Source: Selaginella moellendorffii (taxonomy: Eukaryota; Plantae; Lycopodiophyta). From it: DNA of 64,000 bases. The notes below the pieces were generated by a model that was not told where the DNA came from, made no database searches, and was given only the letters and a program-made list of their open reading frames with translations. Below, piece after piece: positions 1 to 10,504 of the stretch. Location: assembly GCF_000143415.4 (NCBI RefSeq), contig NW_003314288.1, forward strand, positions 1,612,056-1,676,055, read 5' to 3'. The position numbers were made by a program, and so were the translations under genes. Positions within the stretch are counted from its first letter, which is position 1; each line of letters opens with the position of its first letter.

Positions 1-3000
1 TTTGACAGACTCGGCACACCCAGGAACTACTTATTTCGGATGCTTTGACCCCATAACACTCCTCGTGCACAGCTAGTTGGCACCTGCTCGCGAGTTTAAG
101 AATAGAACAGTGAGAAAATGTGTCATACCTGTTACAAATGATGATCTTGTTATATTCATAATCTTCAACCCAACGACACACGGCACATCTTTCTGACGTC
201 CAGTTGACTATTACCGGTGTGTACGGCTCTAACAAAGGAAGAAAGAGTATGAAGACTGGAGTAAAATTGAAACGCAATATCTTACCTTGTAGGCAAGCGG
301 TGAAATCCTTCACCGCAAGCTTCCGAACATTGTGCGAGTTGTAGCCGATGCCTGGTGCGCCACTCTCAATCATTCTTTGAAGCTGCAAGTGTACGCTCTT
401 TCAGAATTAAATGTTTCCAAGCCCCTTACACTCACCCATAAGTAAAGAGACTGCTGTGTGGTTTTTATCTTAATAGTTGATTTCCACCGTCTGCTTTTAC
501 AGCCTGCGTGCCGTTCCCACTCTGATGGGGGCATGAATTTACCATCTCCACATAGTTCACATTGACAAAAGACCCTGTTGGACATAAGAAAACTGAGAAA
601 ATCAAGCACAATAAACAGAGTTATTCCAGCTTACTCGTGGCGTTTTGGTCGATACTCAGCTTCTTTTGTACCGCAGTAAACAATTAAACATTCAGGGATG
701 AGATAAGTGCTCCACTCCGCCAGCATCCTAAACTCCGGTTAGCAATGCAATATGTGAAAGACGAGAAAAATCTGTTACCCTTGCCGTGTTTTACTTTTGC
801 ATATGTTACAAGTGTAAGAAGAAGCAGTCTGCCGGATTGACAAGGTGAGATTGACAAAAATAAATATCACAAGATACCTTCGATAGCACCTTGCTAACTT
901 TTACGCAGGCTGCATGCATCCAGACTTGACAAGCACCACAACGGACCTGAAAAAAAAAAAAGTTAATTAGAAAAGGAATCCAGGAAGACAGAAACTTCTT
1001 ACCCAAGAAACTTGTTCGAACAAGGATCGGGGTTCTGTACACACGCTGCAGTGCTGTTCAGGTACCCGTTCTTAGGCGCGAAAAAGTGAATATTCTAGAC
1101 GTACCTGATCTTCTTCTGCAAAATTATTAACGTCTTCAAGAAGAGGCTGATCGGTATCACTAGTTGATGTTTCGGGTTTAGCTTCACAGACAACCGGCTG
1201 CTTCTCAACTTCTTCTTGCTCAAAACCAGATTCCGCAAGTATAGCCTCCTCCATTGCAGAGCCGAAGGCTTTTTCTTCATCTTCTTGCAAAGTTTGATTT
1301 TGATACCTGGCACATGATCAATTGAATTGAGAAGTCTTGCAAAGGATAGGACACACCTTTCGAGCTCATCCATGAATGGAAATATCATGCTCCCTTGAAC
1401 CCACGAAAACTCCTTTTAGAAAATAAAACACGTCAGAATCTGGACTGGAGACTGGAAAAAGTAAATGCTTACCCGCTGCTTTCCAGTCCCGAAGAACATC
1501 ACGCAGACGGAGCTTGGGACACGAGAACTTTGAACTGCCGCTGGTGGATACTTCACAACCTTTGCCGGCCAAAAGAGATCGGCTCTTTTTCCAGACTTTG
1601 CCCACACAATGACACCCTCCTCAAATTTCTCTGCTAGATGCTGAGCCATGATTGTTGCCACAGACATGTCGCTTGCATCACTGTCATAATCTTGGGCCTC
1701 CGGCTCGTCAAATTCTTGGTTTGTCGATAACAAGCAGTTCATCTTCTGCGTCTTACGAGCTGATATCTCATCGTCTTCTGAGTCACTCTCCACGTCCTTT
1801 GCTCGCTTCACAGGCTGAGTAGATTTTGCATCCGCGCGTGCCTTCGTTGGTTTCTTACACTTCGGGGTCATTTCCCGCTTGGCCGTCTTAGCTTCGTCTT
1901 TTGGCTTCTTCAAAGGCTCCACTACCGAATCTCGAAGCCACACTGGACGGGTTTGAGTCCTGCCTCTCTTCGTTTGAATAAGGGGACCTTCCGGTTCTTT
2001 GGAAACCGAAGACTCCACAGACTCTGCTTCCTGCTTCTTCCCACCTTTCAGTTCCTCAGCGGCTTTGCTCGCCGCCGCTTCGGCTCGCTTCGACTGGAGT
2101 TTACCGGCAGCTCTGGTGCCAGGCACCTGCGCCCTTTTGTCGTCTTCAGCGACTTTTTCCGCTACGCTTGAGCCTGTTGCTCTATGGACCGCACTTAGTA
2201 ACAAATTCTCGGCCGCTGGATAATTGTTGATCAGCATCCGCGCTAGAACGCACTCCCTGCTCTCTACTCTCTGCCGCTTGCCATCCCTTGACGCCTCGCT
2301 ATCAACTTTTGTAACACCGTCCGGAGAAGGAGCTTGGGTTGAAGGGATTCCACCAGTACACTTCCCTTTGCCGGGTATGAAATCCACCACCTTGCTCGCC
2401 TTGCTGCCGTCTTGATGGAAAATCAGAATTTTCGTCTTCCCCACCGGATTCTCTAACGGGCACTGCTGATTGCTCACACAAACCGAGCCAGAGGACGCCT
2501 CCCTCGCCCTTTTCTTCCCTCTCGGCTTCGACAAACCACTCTGCGGTGTTGGAACCGTCACCATCCGAGTGCCCTCGAGGCAATTCATCCTCATGCGCTC
2601 CAGAGACATGGCACCAACACTGGTTCCATTCACCACTTGCTGCCTCGCCGCTACAGCCCCGGCACTCACGACGCCATTCAAAGCCTGCTTCACTGGGCCG
2701 GCTGGCCCCCGGGGAATTCCCGCATACCTGGGGTCCAATGGCAGCATCATGGTATTTCGCGCCACATGAACAGTCTCCCCGACTCGGCCGTTTGGGCGGA
2801 AGAACACCGGCGTCCCTGGAATCCCCGGCCATGGCATCCCCGGAGCTGGAGCTGGAGCTAGAACCGGCTTGGAATGTAGCTTTTGCATACACTCGCTGAT
2901 CTTATCGAGCATCGTCTGGGTCGTCATCCTTTGACACGCAGCTGGAAGAGGATAGGGAGGCAATTGGAACGCTGGAGTCCGCAGCGTCGGCGCTAATCCC

Positions 3001-3242
3001 TGCCCCGGATGTAGAACACCACTACTCGGCGCTGGTATCCCCTGTGAGACGACACTAACACCACTACCCTGCGGTATCCCCTGTGAATTTCCCGGCTGGA
3101 ATCCTGGCACCGCCCCTTGCTGTGCCATTCCCTGCTGAAATCCTGCCCCTAGAACCTGTTGTTGTTGCTGCTGCTGCTGCTGCTGCGCGTCCGGGGGTCG
3201 CCAGCATTCCGACGCCGGGGACGAGCAAAGCGCCGATGGCAT
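1..3242 (-). CDS. ATX3/4/5-type histone-lysine N-methyltransferase, 5' portion (multi-exon; continues beyond window start)
   Basis: Exon 1 (3242-~1472) has the KRGR..P..LRDSV motif and PWWP start (FEEGVIVWAKSG..FWPAKV..VCVMFFG). Later GT-AG exons encode PHD-like VRCGACQVWMHAAC, SAND-like CQCELCG..PPSEWERHAGC..WKSTIKI and PHD ERCAVCRWVEDYEYNKIIICN. This domain order matches ATX3/4/5. The SET domain is not in the window. Confidence 0.9.
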
Positions 3243-3351
3243 CTCCAGCTTGAAAATCCCTGCGAATTCCTCCTCAGGCGCTGATCCAGACGCCCGATTC
3301 CATCATCCGAGGCGAGGAGAGACTTCGCGTCACGTCCAGAGGAAGAACAAT

Positions 3352-3371
3352 GGTTAGGGTTAGGGTTAGGG
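3352..3371 (+). repeat. GG(TTAGGG)3 telomere-like repeat in the ATX 5' leader/promoter
   Basis: ggttagggttagggttaggg read directly. Confidence 0.85.
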
Positions 3372-3994
3372 CTTTACGAAGCTCTTGGATCGATCGACCA
3401 CGCACCTCGATCGCGCCGCTGCGCAATCGCCTCCGCTACGCCCCCAGCTCGCAGCAGCACGAACGCGCTCCCCGGACGCCCTAGCTCGCGAATTCCTGCT
3501 TATGGCCTATCTATCTAAATTTCTTTGTGGGGAAGACGATGGACGTTTGGCCACAGGATTCCCCAGCCCTGAGACCAATCCCGGACCGCCACGTGGCCTT
3601 TGAATCTGCGCGAGCCCGCGGGTTGCCGCCGTTCGTCGGATTTATTCCCCGGGAGTCTAGATCGACGGCCATGATTTGCACCAGCGCCCAGCCGTTCGAT
3701 CGGCCATCCAACGGGCCTTGTCATGTGTGTGTTGCTTGTTGCAGTGGGACGACGATGTCCTTGGCGATTGAGCCGAGCACCTGGATCGGCGATAGGTTTT
3801 CTCCTTGATCCGGCGCGGCAATCTCTCCATCCGGGGAGGGAATCGCATCCAAAATATCCAGTGTACGTTCCCAAATCCAAATGCGCGGCGCAGGTCTAGG
3901 GTTCTTAGATAGCAGCCACATTGTCTAGCAGCAGATCGATGCGCTAGAGGAGGCCAGGGCAGGGAGGGCAGGGCTACTGCGATTCCCGGTGAGA

Positions 3995-5842
3995 ATGATG
4001 CAGAGTCGCGTGATCGCGCAGCAGGAGCAATACCAGCAGCAGCTATGGCGGCCTTCCGGCGAGCTGCTGCATCTCCTCACCGAGGGAAAGCGCCAGGCGG
4101 CCGATTTGGAGGAGCTCCACGGCGGCGGGCGCTATCAATCCAGCTCCAGTGCCGAGGAAGAAGCCATGGTTTCCAAGAGGCAAGCCCCCGCGGTGTGGAG
4201 GCCTCCCATTGGAATGAAGCCCAATTGCCCGCTAGCTCCGCCGGTGATAGACGAGTGGCAACTGTGCAAACAAGAAGAACCCAGCGCTTTGCTTCTCGCT
4301 GGAGAGAAGAGGAGTGATGATAGCAGTGGCCAGCGAGTACAGGGAAACCATTTCCACAATGGTGGGAGGGGCAGCCCAAGTGATCTTTCCAACTTAATGG
4401 GGTCACGGACGAATTCTTCTTCCGGCAATGCACATCATCTGGACAGTGAAAGGAACGATCTCTCCACGACGACGGACGAGGAACTCATGCCGGCTCCTAG
4501 AACGGCCTTTGCAGATCCCACCAAGCTTTTCCAAGCGAGTTCGTCGTCACCATTTTCCAGCAGTGGAAGACGAGAGGAAGATAGTCAGGGTGGCAAACTT
4601 CCGTCACCTTTTATCAAGCAGCAGGCAGTGCCGCCGACTCCACTGTTTTCTGGGCTTGGGAGTGTGAGTTTTGGATCCGGTGCCGGATTCCTCAAGCCTC
4701 CAGCGACCAACGTTTTCGCTCACAGCCCTCCGTTGGCATTTGGAAGGATTCTACGTAACTCTTCTGACGAAGAGCTGCCAAACCAGGACCAAGTTCCACC
4801 GCAAGTTTCGACCGTGAAGCATTTGAGCTCCACGAATTCGGCATCTGAGAAAGGGAGCTCTGACTCACAGACTGGGAAAACAGCCGTGGCCACTGAATCG
4901 AACGGAGGGTTCAAACCGAGTGGCCTGGCAGGCAAGAGCTTGGTACCGGAATCTCCAGCCAAAGCAGGGAAAAGCACTTCTGGCCGGAAACTGCGAACGA
5001 GACCTTTGGATCTTCTGATGAACGCACTTCAGGGTGATGCTCCGGCCAAGGCTACCAGGCTTGGGTCCAGGATATCCAATTCTGGAGCTCAGCTCAATAC
5101 TTCATCGTCAGCGCGGGACGCCGGCGCTGGAGCTCAGGATGGTCCGGCTCAAACCGCCAACACTCGGAACTCATCGGCCTCGCGAGCTCCGAAACCGACG
5201 AGAAATTCGGCCAGGCAGGAAAGCTTACAAAAGCAGGAACAGGATCGTCAACAGCAACAAGAGCAGCAGCAGCAACGAAAGGGAGCGTTTTTCGTGCACA
5301 CGGGTGTCTGGATTGTACAAAAGAAATCCTCCAGGCATACCAAGAGCGCGTTTAGGAAGAAAAGCTCGGAGGAGGAGCAGAACCAGATCGTTCCAGTCGC
5401 AAGCCATCGCCGGCAAGCTCCATCAAAGACCAGGAATGGACACCACCCTCAACAGGGGACGACGGTGGGGACGACGACGACGACGACAAGGCCAACGTCA
5501 ACGAAAAAGCGATCTCTCACTGCGATCAGCACGCCACAGCAGCCGGAACCAAAGCAGCCGAGGAGAAGCCAGTCGAAAGCTCGAAATGGCCACCAAGAAC
5601 AAGCCGCTGCTCGAGCCGCGATCAAAGCTGGCCGTAAAGAGAGACGAGGCGATGACGAACAGGAAGAGCAAGGAGATGGAGAACAAGAGGAAGAAGAAGA
5701 AGAAGAGGACGAATCTCTCGTTGTCACGAAAGCTCCACTCGTTCGATCCAAGCGTGGAAGACCCCGAGCTTTACCGACGAGGCTACGAGACTCGGTGGTA
5801 GTAAACAAGGTGAAGAAGCCAACGAGGAAAGAAACCAAGTGA
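3995..5842 (+). CDS. Intronless low-complexity protein ending in an ATX3/4/5-like motif
   Basis: ~615-aa ORF (first ATG 3995), Ser/Gln-rich. Acidic tract followed by PLVRSKRGRPRALPTRLRDSVV at the C-terminus. Confidence 0.7.
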   Translation: MMQSRVIAQQEQYQQQLWRPSGELLHLLTEGKRQAADLEELHGGGRYQSSSSAEEEAMVSKRQAPAVWRPPIGMKPNCPLAPPVIDEWQLCKQEEPSALLLAGEKRSDDSSGQRVQGNHFHNGGRGSPSDLSNLMGSRTNSSSGNAHHLDSERNDLSTTTDEELMPAPRTAFADPTKLFQASSSSPFSSSGRREEDSQGGKLPSPFIKQQAVPPTPLFSGLGSVSFGSGAGFLKPPATNVFAHSPPLAFGRILRNSSDEELPNQDQVPPQVSTVKHLSSTNSASEKGSSDSQTGKTAVATESNGGFKPSGLAGKSLVPESPAKAGKSTSGRKLRTRPLDLLMNALQGDAPAKATRLGSRISNSGAQLNTSSSARDAGAGAQDGPAQTANTRNSSASRAPKPTRNSARQESLQKQEQDRQQQQEQQQQRKGAFFVHTGVWIVQKKSSRHTKSAFRKKSSEEEQNQIVPVASHRRQAPSKTRNGHHPQQGTTVGTTTTTTRPTSTKKRSLTAISTPQQPEPKQPRRSQSKARNGHQEQAAARAAIKAGRKERRGDDEQEEQGDGEQEEEEEEEDESLVVTKAPLVRSKRGRPRALPTRLRDSVVVNKVKKPTRKETK

Positions 5843-6138
5843 ATTATACCAAGCGAGAGAAACAAAAACATCGATCAAGAAGGAAGATTTGTGTATGGAT
5901 CAGAGAAGCATTCCTTGCAAATGGTTTAAACTTGTATCTTTCAAATCTGTTGGTATGATCGCTACAAAAATTCCAAACGAGAAACAACGAAAGAGATGAG
6001 GAAGAAGAAGAAGTTTGATCTCTCCGGGCCTGTGGTGGTGGTGGCGTAGCTCCCTCCTCCTTCCCTGTACATGATTTCACGATTTCTACATACCACCTCT
6101 CTATCATCCGCGTGAAAATCCATCCATGCCATGGATCA

Positions 6139-8226
6139 CTACCTTGCTCCAAAGGGCTTGCTCTTCCTCCCTTTCTTCCAATTCCCCAGCACCGAGCCTT
6201 GGAACCGCAGCGGCAGATTCTGGCTTCTCCCACGCTTGGATCGAATCAGGGCACCACCAAATGCGTCCTCGCCACCACCATGATCTTGCACCTCCTCCTC
6301 CTCTTGCTCCTCCTCCTCCTCCTCCTCCTCCTCCACCACCACCACTGGCACCGGCGCCGCGGCCTCGAGGTGCTCTCCATGATCATCGCCATCGCCATCG
6401 CCCACGAGCTGGAGATGGCGGCGATGATCGAGAATCGTCGCGGACTCCCTCACCACTGTGCTCAGGTCCCTCTTTCTCTGATGAACCCCGGCGCCCTTCT
6501 TCGTCTTCGTCGTCGTCGTCGCCTTCTTCTTCTTCTTCGAATTCGCGAGCTCGCCAGCAGCAGCATTCCTCTTGACGCCCGGCCGATGCTCCTGGTGATC
6601 CTCATTCCGGGATTTCTTTCGGACCACACCGTACTCAAACGCATCCGCCATGAGGAGCTTGCGCGGCTGCTGCTGCTGCTGCTGCTCAATCCTGCGCTGC
6701 GACGCTCGCACCCCGGGCCTTTTGCTGGATCCCCAATCCGATCCCACCTCCAATTGCATCGCCACCTTGCCCGGCCGCGGGCACCTCCGCACGACCCTCT
6801 TCTGCACAAACGGGATCTCGCCATGCACGAACTTCGCCTTCCTCCAGATCCTCCTCCCCAATTCATCCACCTTCTCCTCGTCGCTGGAGATCTCCACCAT
6901 CTCCACACTGCAATCCTCTGCTGGTGGTGGCGACGACGACGCCTGAATGGCAGCCTCCGCCAGCACGTCCAGCGCCTCGGACATCGCCTCCGCAGGGTTT
7001 GGATCATCCATCTCGTCGCCCACGCCCTCCAATTCCAACTTCCCTGCCAGGGCCTGATCGCCCGACCTAGCTCTCGCATCCCCCGAGAACTTCTCCTCCA
7101 TCACCTTCTTCCTCTTGCTCTTCCTCGCCAAATGCTGATGCTCCTCCCCCTGCCCAAGCTCCTGATCCAACCCATTGCCACTGTCGGAGCTCTCCACGCC
7201 GCAAGTTGTCACCTGGGAGATAGCCACCTCACCCGACGAAGAACAGCCATCCACCTTCTTCGCGATACCGCCCTGCCGATCAATTCCCATCGCGCCGGCG
7301 CTCTGATCCTCTTCCTTCTCCTCCTCCTTGCTCTTCTTAACCCCAGAAGGATCCGCCCTTGGATGACGATCTTGCGAATGCCCAACACCCGATCTGCCCG
7401 AAAAACCGCAAACCTGGATCGCGCTCTCCTGCCCCTGCCTGTACTGATCCCGATCCTCCGGAACCATCGACCTTGCCAAAACGGCTCCCCCGACTTTGGC
7501 TTTGATCGCCATCGCCCTTTGATTGGAGCTGGGCACCGAGACCATCGTCGACACCGTCGTGGCGCTCGGTTTGGCCTCCTCCAGATCGTCGCGATCGTCG
7601 CAAGGAACAAAATGCCTGCAGCCCAAGTGAGCGTAGTCCATACTCTCGCGGTACCTCTTGCTGCCCAGGTTGATATCCGCGACGTAGGATGGCAGCACCG
7701 CGGTGACACCGCGGTGGACGCGCGGTACCACCGCGGCGGCGGGGTGACGCACCACTGCGTTTACCGGGTTGCGAGGCACGGTAACGCCGGTGGGACGAGG
7801 ATCTTGGATCACCACTGCCGCTGCTAGATTTCTGTGGTACTGCTTCGCTGCTGGTACCACCGTCGCTGCCACTGCCCCAGGATTGGAGATCGGTATGACC
7901 GGCTCTTGATCATCCCCGACCTGGCGGTGTTGCTGTGGACGATGATGATCCACCACCATAGCCCGTCTTGCAGCCATCTTCCAAGAATTCATCCCATCGG
8001 CGGCGCTGGATTTGCTCCTCCCCGCCGATGGTTCCAAAAGCTCCTGCCGCTGCTGCGATTCTTGATGAATCGCGGCGACCTCCTGCGATTGCGTCGGTTC
8101 TTGGATGATCGACGAAGGATGCTTGTCGAATTGGACCTTCTCCGCCCGCCTTGCCATTGCTCTCCGGAATGCCAATTTCTCCTCGCACACATCCTCGCTG
8201 CAGCAGTAGTAGCGATCCGCGGCCAT
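6139..8226 (-). CDS. Intronless low-complexity protein ending in an ATX3/4/5-like motif
   Basis: ~695-aa ORF (first ATG 8226). Basic tract, then poly-Glu, then ALIRSKRGRSQNLPLRFQGSVLGNWKK at the C-terminus. Confidence 0.7.
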   Translation of the reverse strand: MAADRYYCCSEDVCEEKLAFRRAMARRAEKVQFDKHPSSIIQEPTQSQEVAAIHQESQQRQELLEPSAGRSKSSAADGMNSWKMAARRAMVVDHHRPQQHRQVGDDQEPVIPISNPGAVAATVVPAAKQYHRNLAAAVVIQDPRPTGVTVPRNPVNAVVRHPAAAVVPRVHRGVTAVLPSYVADINLGSKRYRESMDYAHLGCRHFVPCDDRDDLEEAKPSATTVSTMVSVPSSNQRAMAIKAKVGGAVLARSMVPEDRDQYRQGQESAIQVCGFSGRSGVGHSQDRHPRADPSGVKKSKEEEKEEDQSAGAMGIDRQGGIAKKVDGCSSSGEVAISQVTTCGVESSDSGNGLDQELGQGEEHQHLARKSKRKKVMEEKFSGDARARSGDQALAGKLELEGVGDEMDDPNPAEAMSEALDVLAEAAIQASSSPPPAEDCSVEMVEISSDEEKVDELGRRIWRKAKFVHGEIPFVQKRVVRRCPRPGKVAMQLEVGSDWGSSKRPGVRASQRRIEQQQQQQPRKLLMADAFEYGVVRKKSRNEDHQEHRPGVKRNAAAGELANSKKKKKATTTTKTKKGAGVHQRKRDLSTVVRESATILDHRRHLQLVGDGDGDDHGEHLEAAAPVPVVVVEEEEEEEEEQEEEEVQDHGGGEDAFGGALIRSKRGRSQNLPLRFQGSVLGNWKKGRKSKPFGAR

Positions 8227-9025
8227 CGCCCTCTCGATCCCAAATTGCAAAGCCTCCCTTGCCAGAATATTTCGGCTGTGCGTGCCTTGCCGCTGGTCTT
8301 GGCCCTGGGAATCCGACTCGATCCTACAATCCGCCCGAGGAATGCATCACCCGGCGATGCACGGCCGGGCAAGAAAGATCGATCCGCGCAAAGATCCCGA
8401 TGGCGAATCCCAAGCCCTGGGGAAGAAATGGTTTCCCTGGCAACCAGATTTTCTTTGGGATCTTTCAATGCAGCTTGGAGCGCCGATGGAGACGAGGAGC
8501 GCTGGCGGATGAATCTGAATCCACCATACCTGCGACGAGCAAACTATCCGGATTGGCAAATGAGCGCCGCGGCTCCCTCAATCGTCCGCAAGACGATTCT
8601 AAACCCTCGCCATAGCCAGGGCACGCCACCGCGCGACGCCCTTGCAAGCCCCTTGCCCTCGCTGCTTTGCTTCCTTCGCAAAACTCTTCTTTCTCCTCTT
8701 GTGGTGTCTTCCTTTGTTCTGGGTGTTGCGTTGTGCATTTTTGCTAGAGCAGGGAATGTCGTGGCCGTTGGATGGGGGCGAATCGGACGGCGCGATCCGG
8801 CACGTCGCCGCGGCCCGTCATGCATTTCTTTTGGCGCATCCCGGCCGCTCAATCCACAAATCCTGCAGCTGGCGGAGGTCCACGTGGTCACACTCTCGTC
8901 CGTCGATGCCGAGAAGATTGATGAGACCGTCCGATGTTTGTAACCATCTCGCGCCAACAAAAAGTCAACGTGTCCAAGCGCAGACCGTTGGATTTCAACA
9001 ATCTACGGCCGGAGCAAGCAGATGT

Positions 9026-10416
9026 TTACACAGTCACAGCGGAGTGAAGCTTCATGAATTCCTCGAAGCTTTTGTATCTGGGCTGCCAGTGGAGTTCTTC
9101 GCGAGTTTTGGATCCATCCATCTTCTTGCCCAGAGGTCCATCAGATCCTTGACAGCACAAGAAGAACTCGATCAGCAAAATCGGAAGAACAAGCAGCTGA
9201 ATCGATCGTATCGTACCAGTGAAAGTGGTCTTGCACTCTTGGTTCTTAGACACCACGTCCATGATCTCTTGCCTGTTTCAAAGGAATTCCAGAGCGAATT
9301 CTCGTAAAAGCTTCACGAAAAATCCCACCTTGACATTGGAGTGCCGTCGCAGCCCATGAAAACGCGACCACGGAAGTCCGTTCTTCGAAGTATGGCCACG
9401 CACAGAGTAGCAGCGTCCTAAAAACACACAGACAAAGTAAGAATACGAGAGAATGCGAAAGGAGAAAAGCTTGAAAGACGAGTGAAGGAAGAAACTAAGA
9501 ATTTGAGAGCGAAAGGATACCTCATAGTGAATGAGATTGATGTAACAATCCGGTCGCTCTTTTATAACCGGGAAAGTTCGCCAGTAAGCATGAGCGCCTC
9601 GATCAGCACTGTGGCGAGCTAAGTCAAGGCAACACAATCGAAAATCGCGAAGAACTTTGCGGGAAAGGATATGTAAAGTCCTGCCAATCTCACAACGTTC
9701 CCTCCGACTTTGAGAATCTCCTCCTCAGCAGCTAGAATCGTATCAGTCCTGGGACTTCTTCCTTTGGCAACTGTGGGAGTGGACTAACCGAAAAAAAAAA
9801 AAAATAGTGTTCTTAAGTTCATCCACTTCAAAAGAAATTTAGTTCTCTCACCTCCACGCACAAACCATTGTCGAAGCAATCGTAGACCGCGCTGCTAGAA
9901 GTGAAGAGCAACGATCCCTCGCCATTCCATCTCTCCGCAGCTCTCCTATCATCCATCCCATCGCAAAGTCGAGAACAATTTCTTCCAAGAGGAAGGTCTT
10001 CTTTCTCCCAAGAACTTACCTCACTTCCAGCGCGTAATCTGTGTCGGGAGGAGCGCAAAACACCACGAAAGGGAAGCGCTCGGCCGTGGCGGCGTCCCTC
10101 ACAACCGGCTCGATCCCGAGCGCGCGCAATGCGTCGTGTTCTTTGCTGGATCTCGTCTGCCCCACGATTCTAGCGCTACCCCGGTTTTCCTGGCGAGAAC
10201 ACACAAGATTTGGAGAAATTCTAGCGACAATTTCCACACCTCGCCCCAATGCTTGGCAATCAATCGCCCCAGCCGCCCGGGCCCGACCACGAGCAAATCT
10301 TTGCTCATCGTTGCCCTAGTTACAAATCTAGGCTTCGCTGCTCTAGCCTGGAATTTTGCCGCTAGTCTTCGCGGGTACCAGGGCTCTGGCAGCAAAGGAT
10401 TTGTCACAGACTCCAT
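9026..10416 (-). CDS. NAD(P)-binding Rossmann-fold protein (YeeZ/atypical SDR-like), probable plastid transit peptide
   Basis: Spliced translation gives DLLVVGPGRLG, FPFVVFCAPP, LLFTSSSAVY, VVRLAGLY|SADRGAHAYW..NLIHYE|DAA, FMGCDG, KTREELHWQPRYKSF. Confidence 0.88.
9418..9520 (-). other. GT-AG intron with U12-type donor (103 nt)
   Basis: Donor GTATCCTTT. Removal joins LIHYE|DAATL in frame. Confidence 0.75.
9611..9672 (-). other. U12-type AT-AC intron (62 nt)
   Basis: Donor ATATCCTTT, branch GCCTTGAC, acceptor CAC. Removal joins GLY|SADRGAH in frame. Confidence 0.9.
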
Positions 10417-10504
10417 AGCTCCAGTAGGAAGGAAGAAAAAAAATATTTTTACATGAATGCTTTGTTTTATTTTTATTTTCTATCGGTTAAAGCGATACAT
10501 TCTT

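Noticed and set aside
6112-8943. Long + strand ORFs (571 aa and 369 aa)
   Set aside because: Largely antisense shadows of the GC-rich - strand gene, with Leu/Arg/His-rich composition from repeat codons and no recognisable motifs
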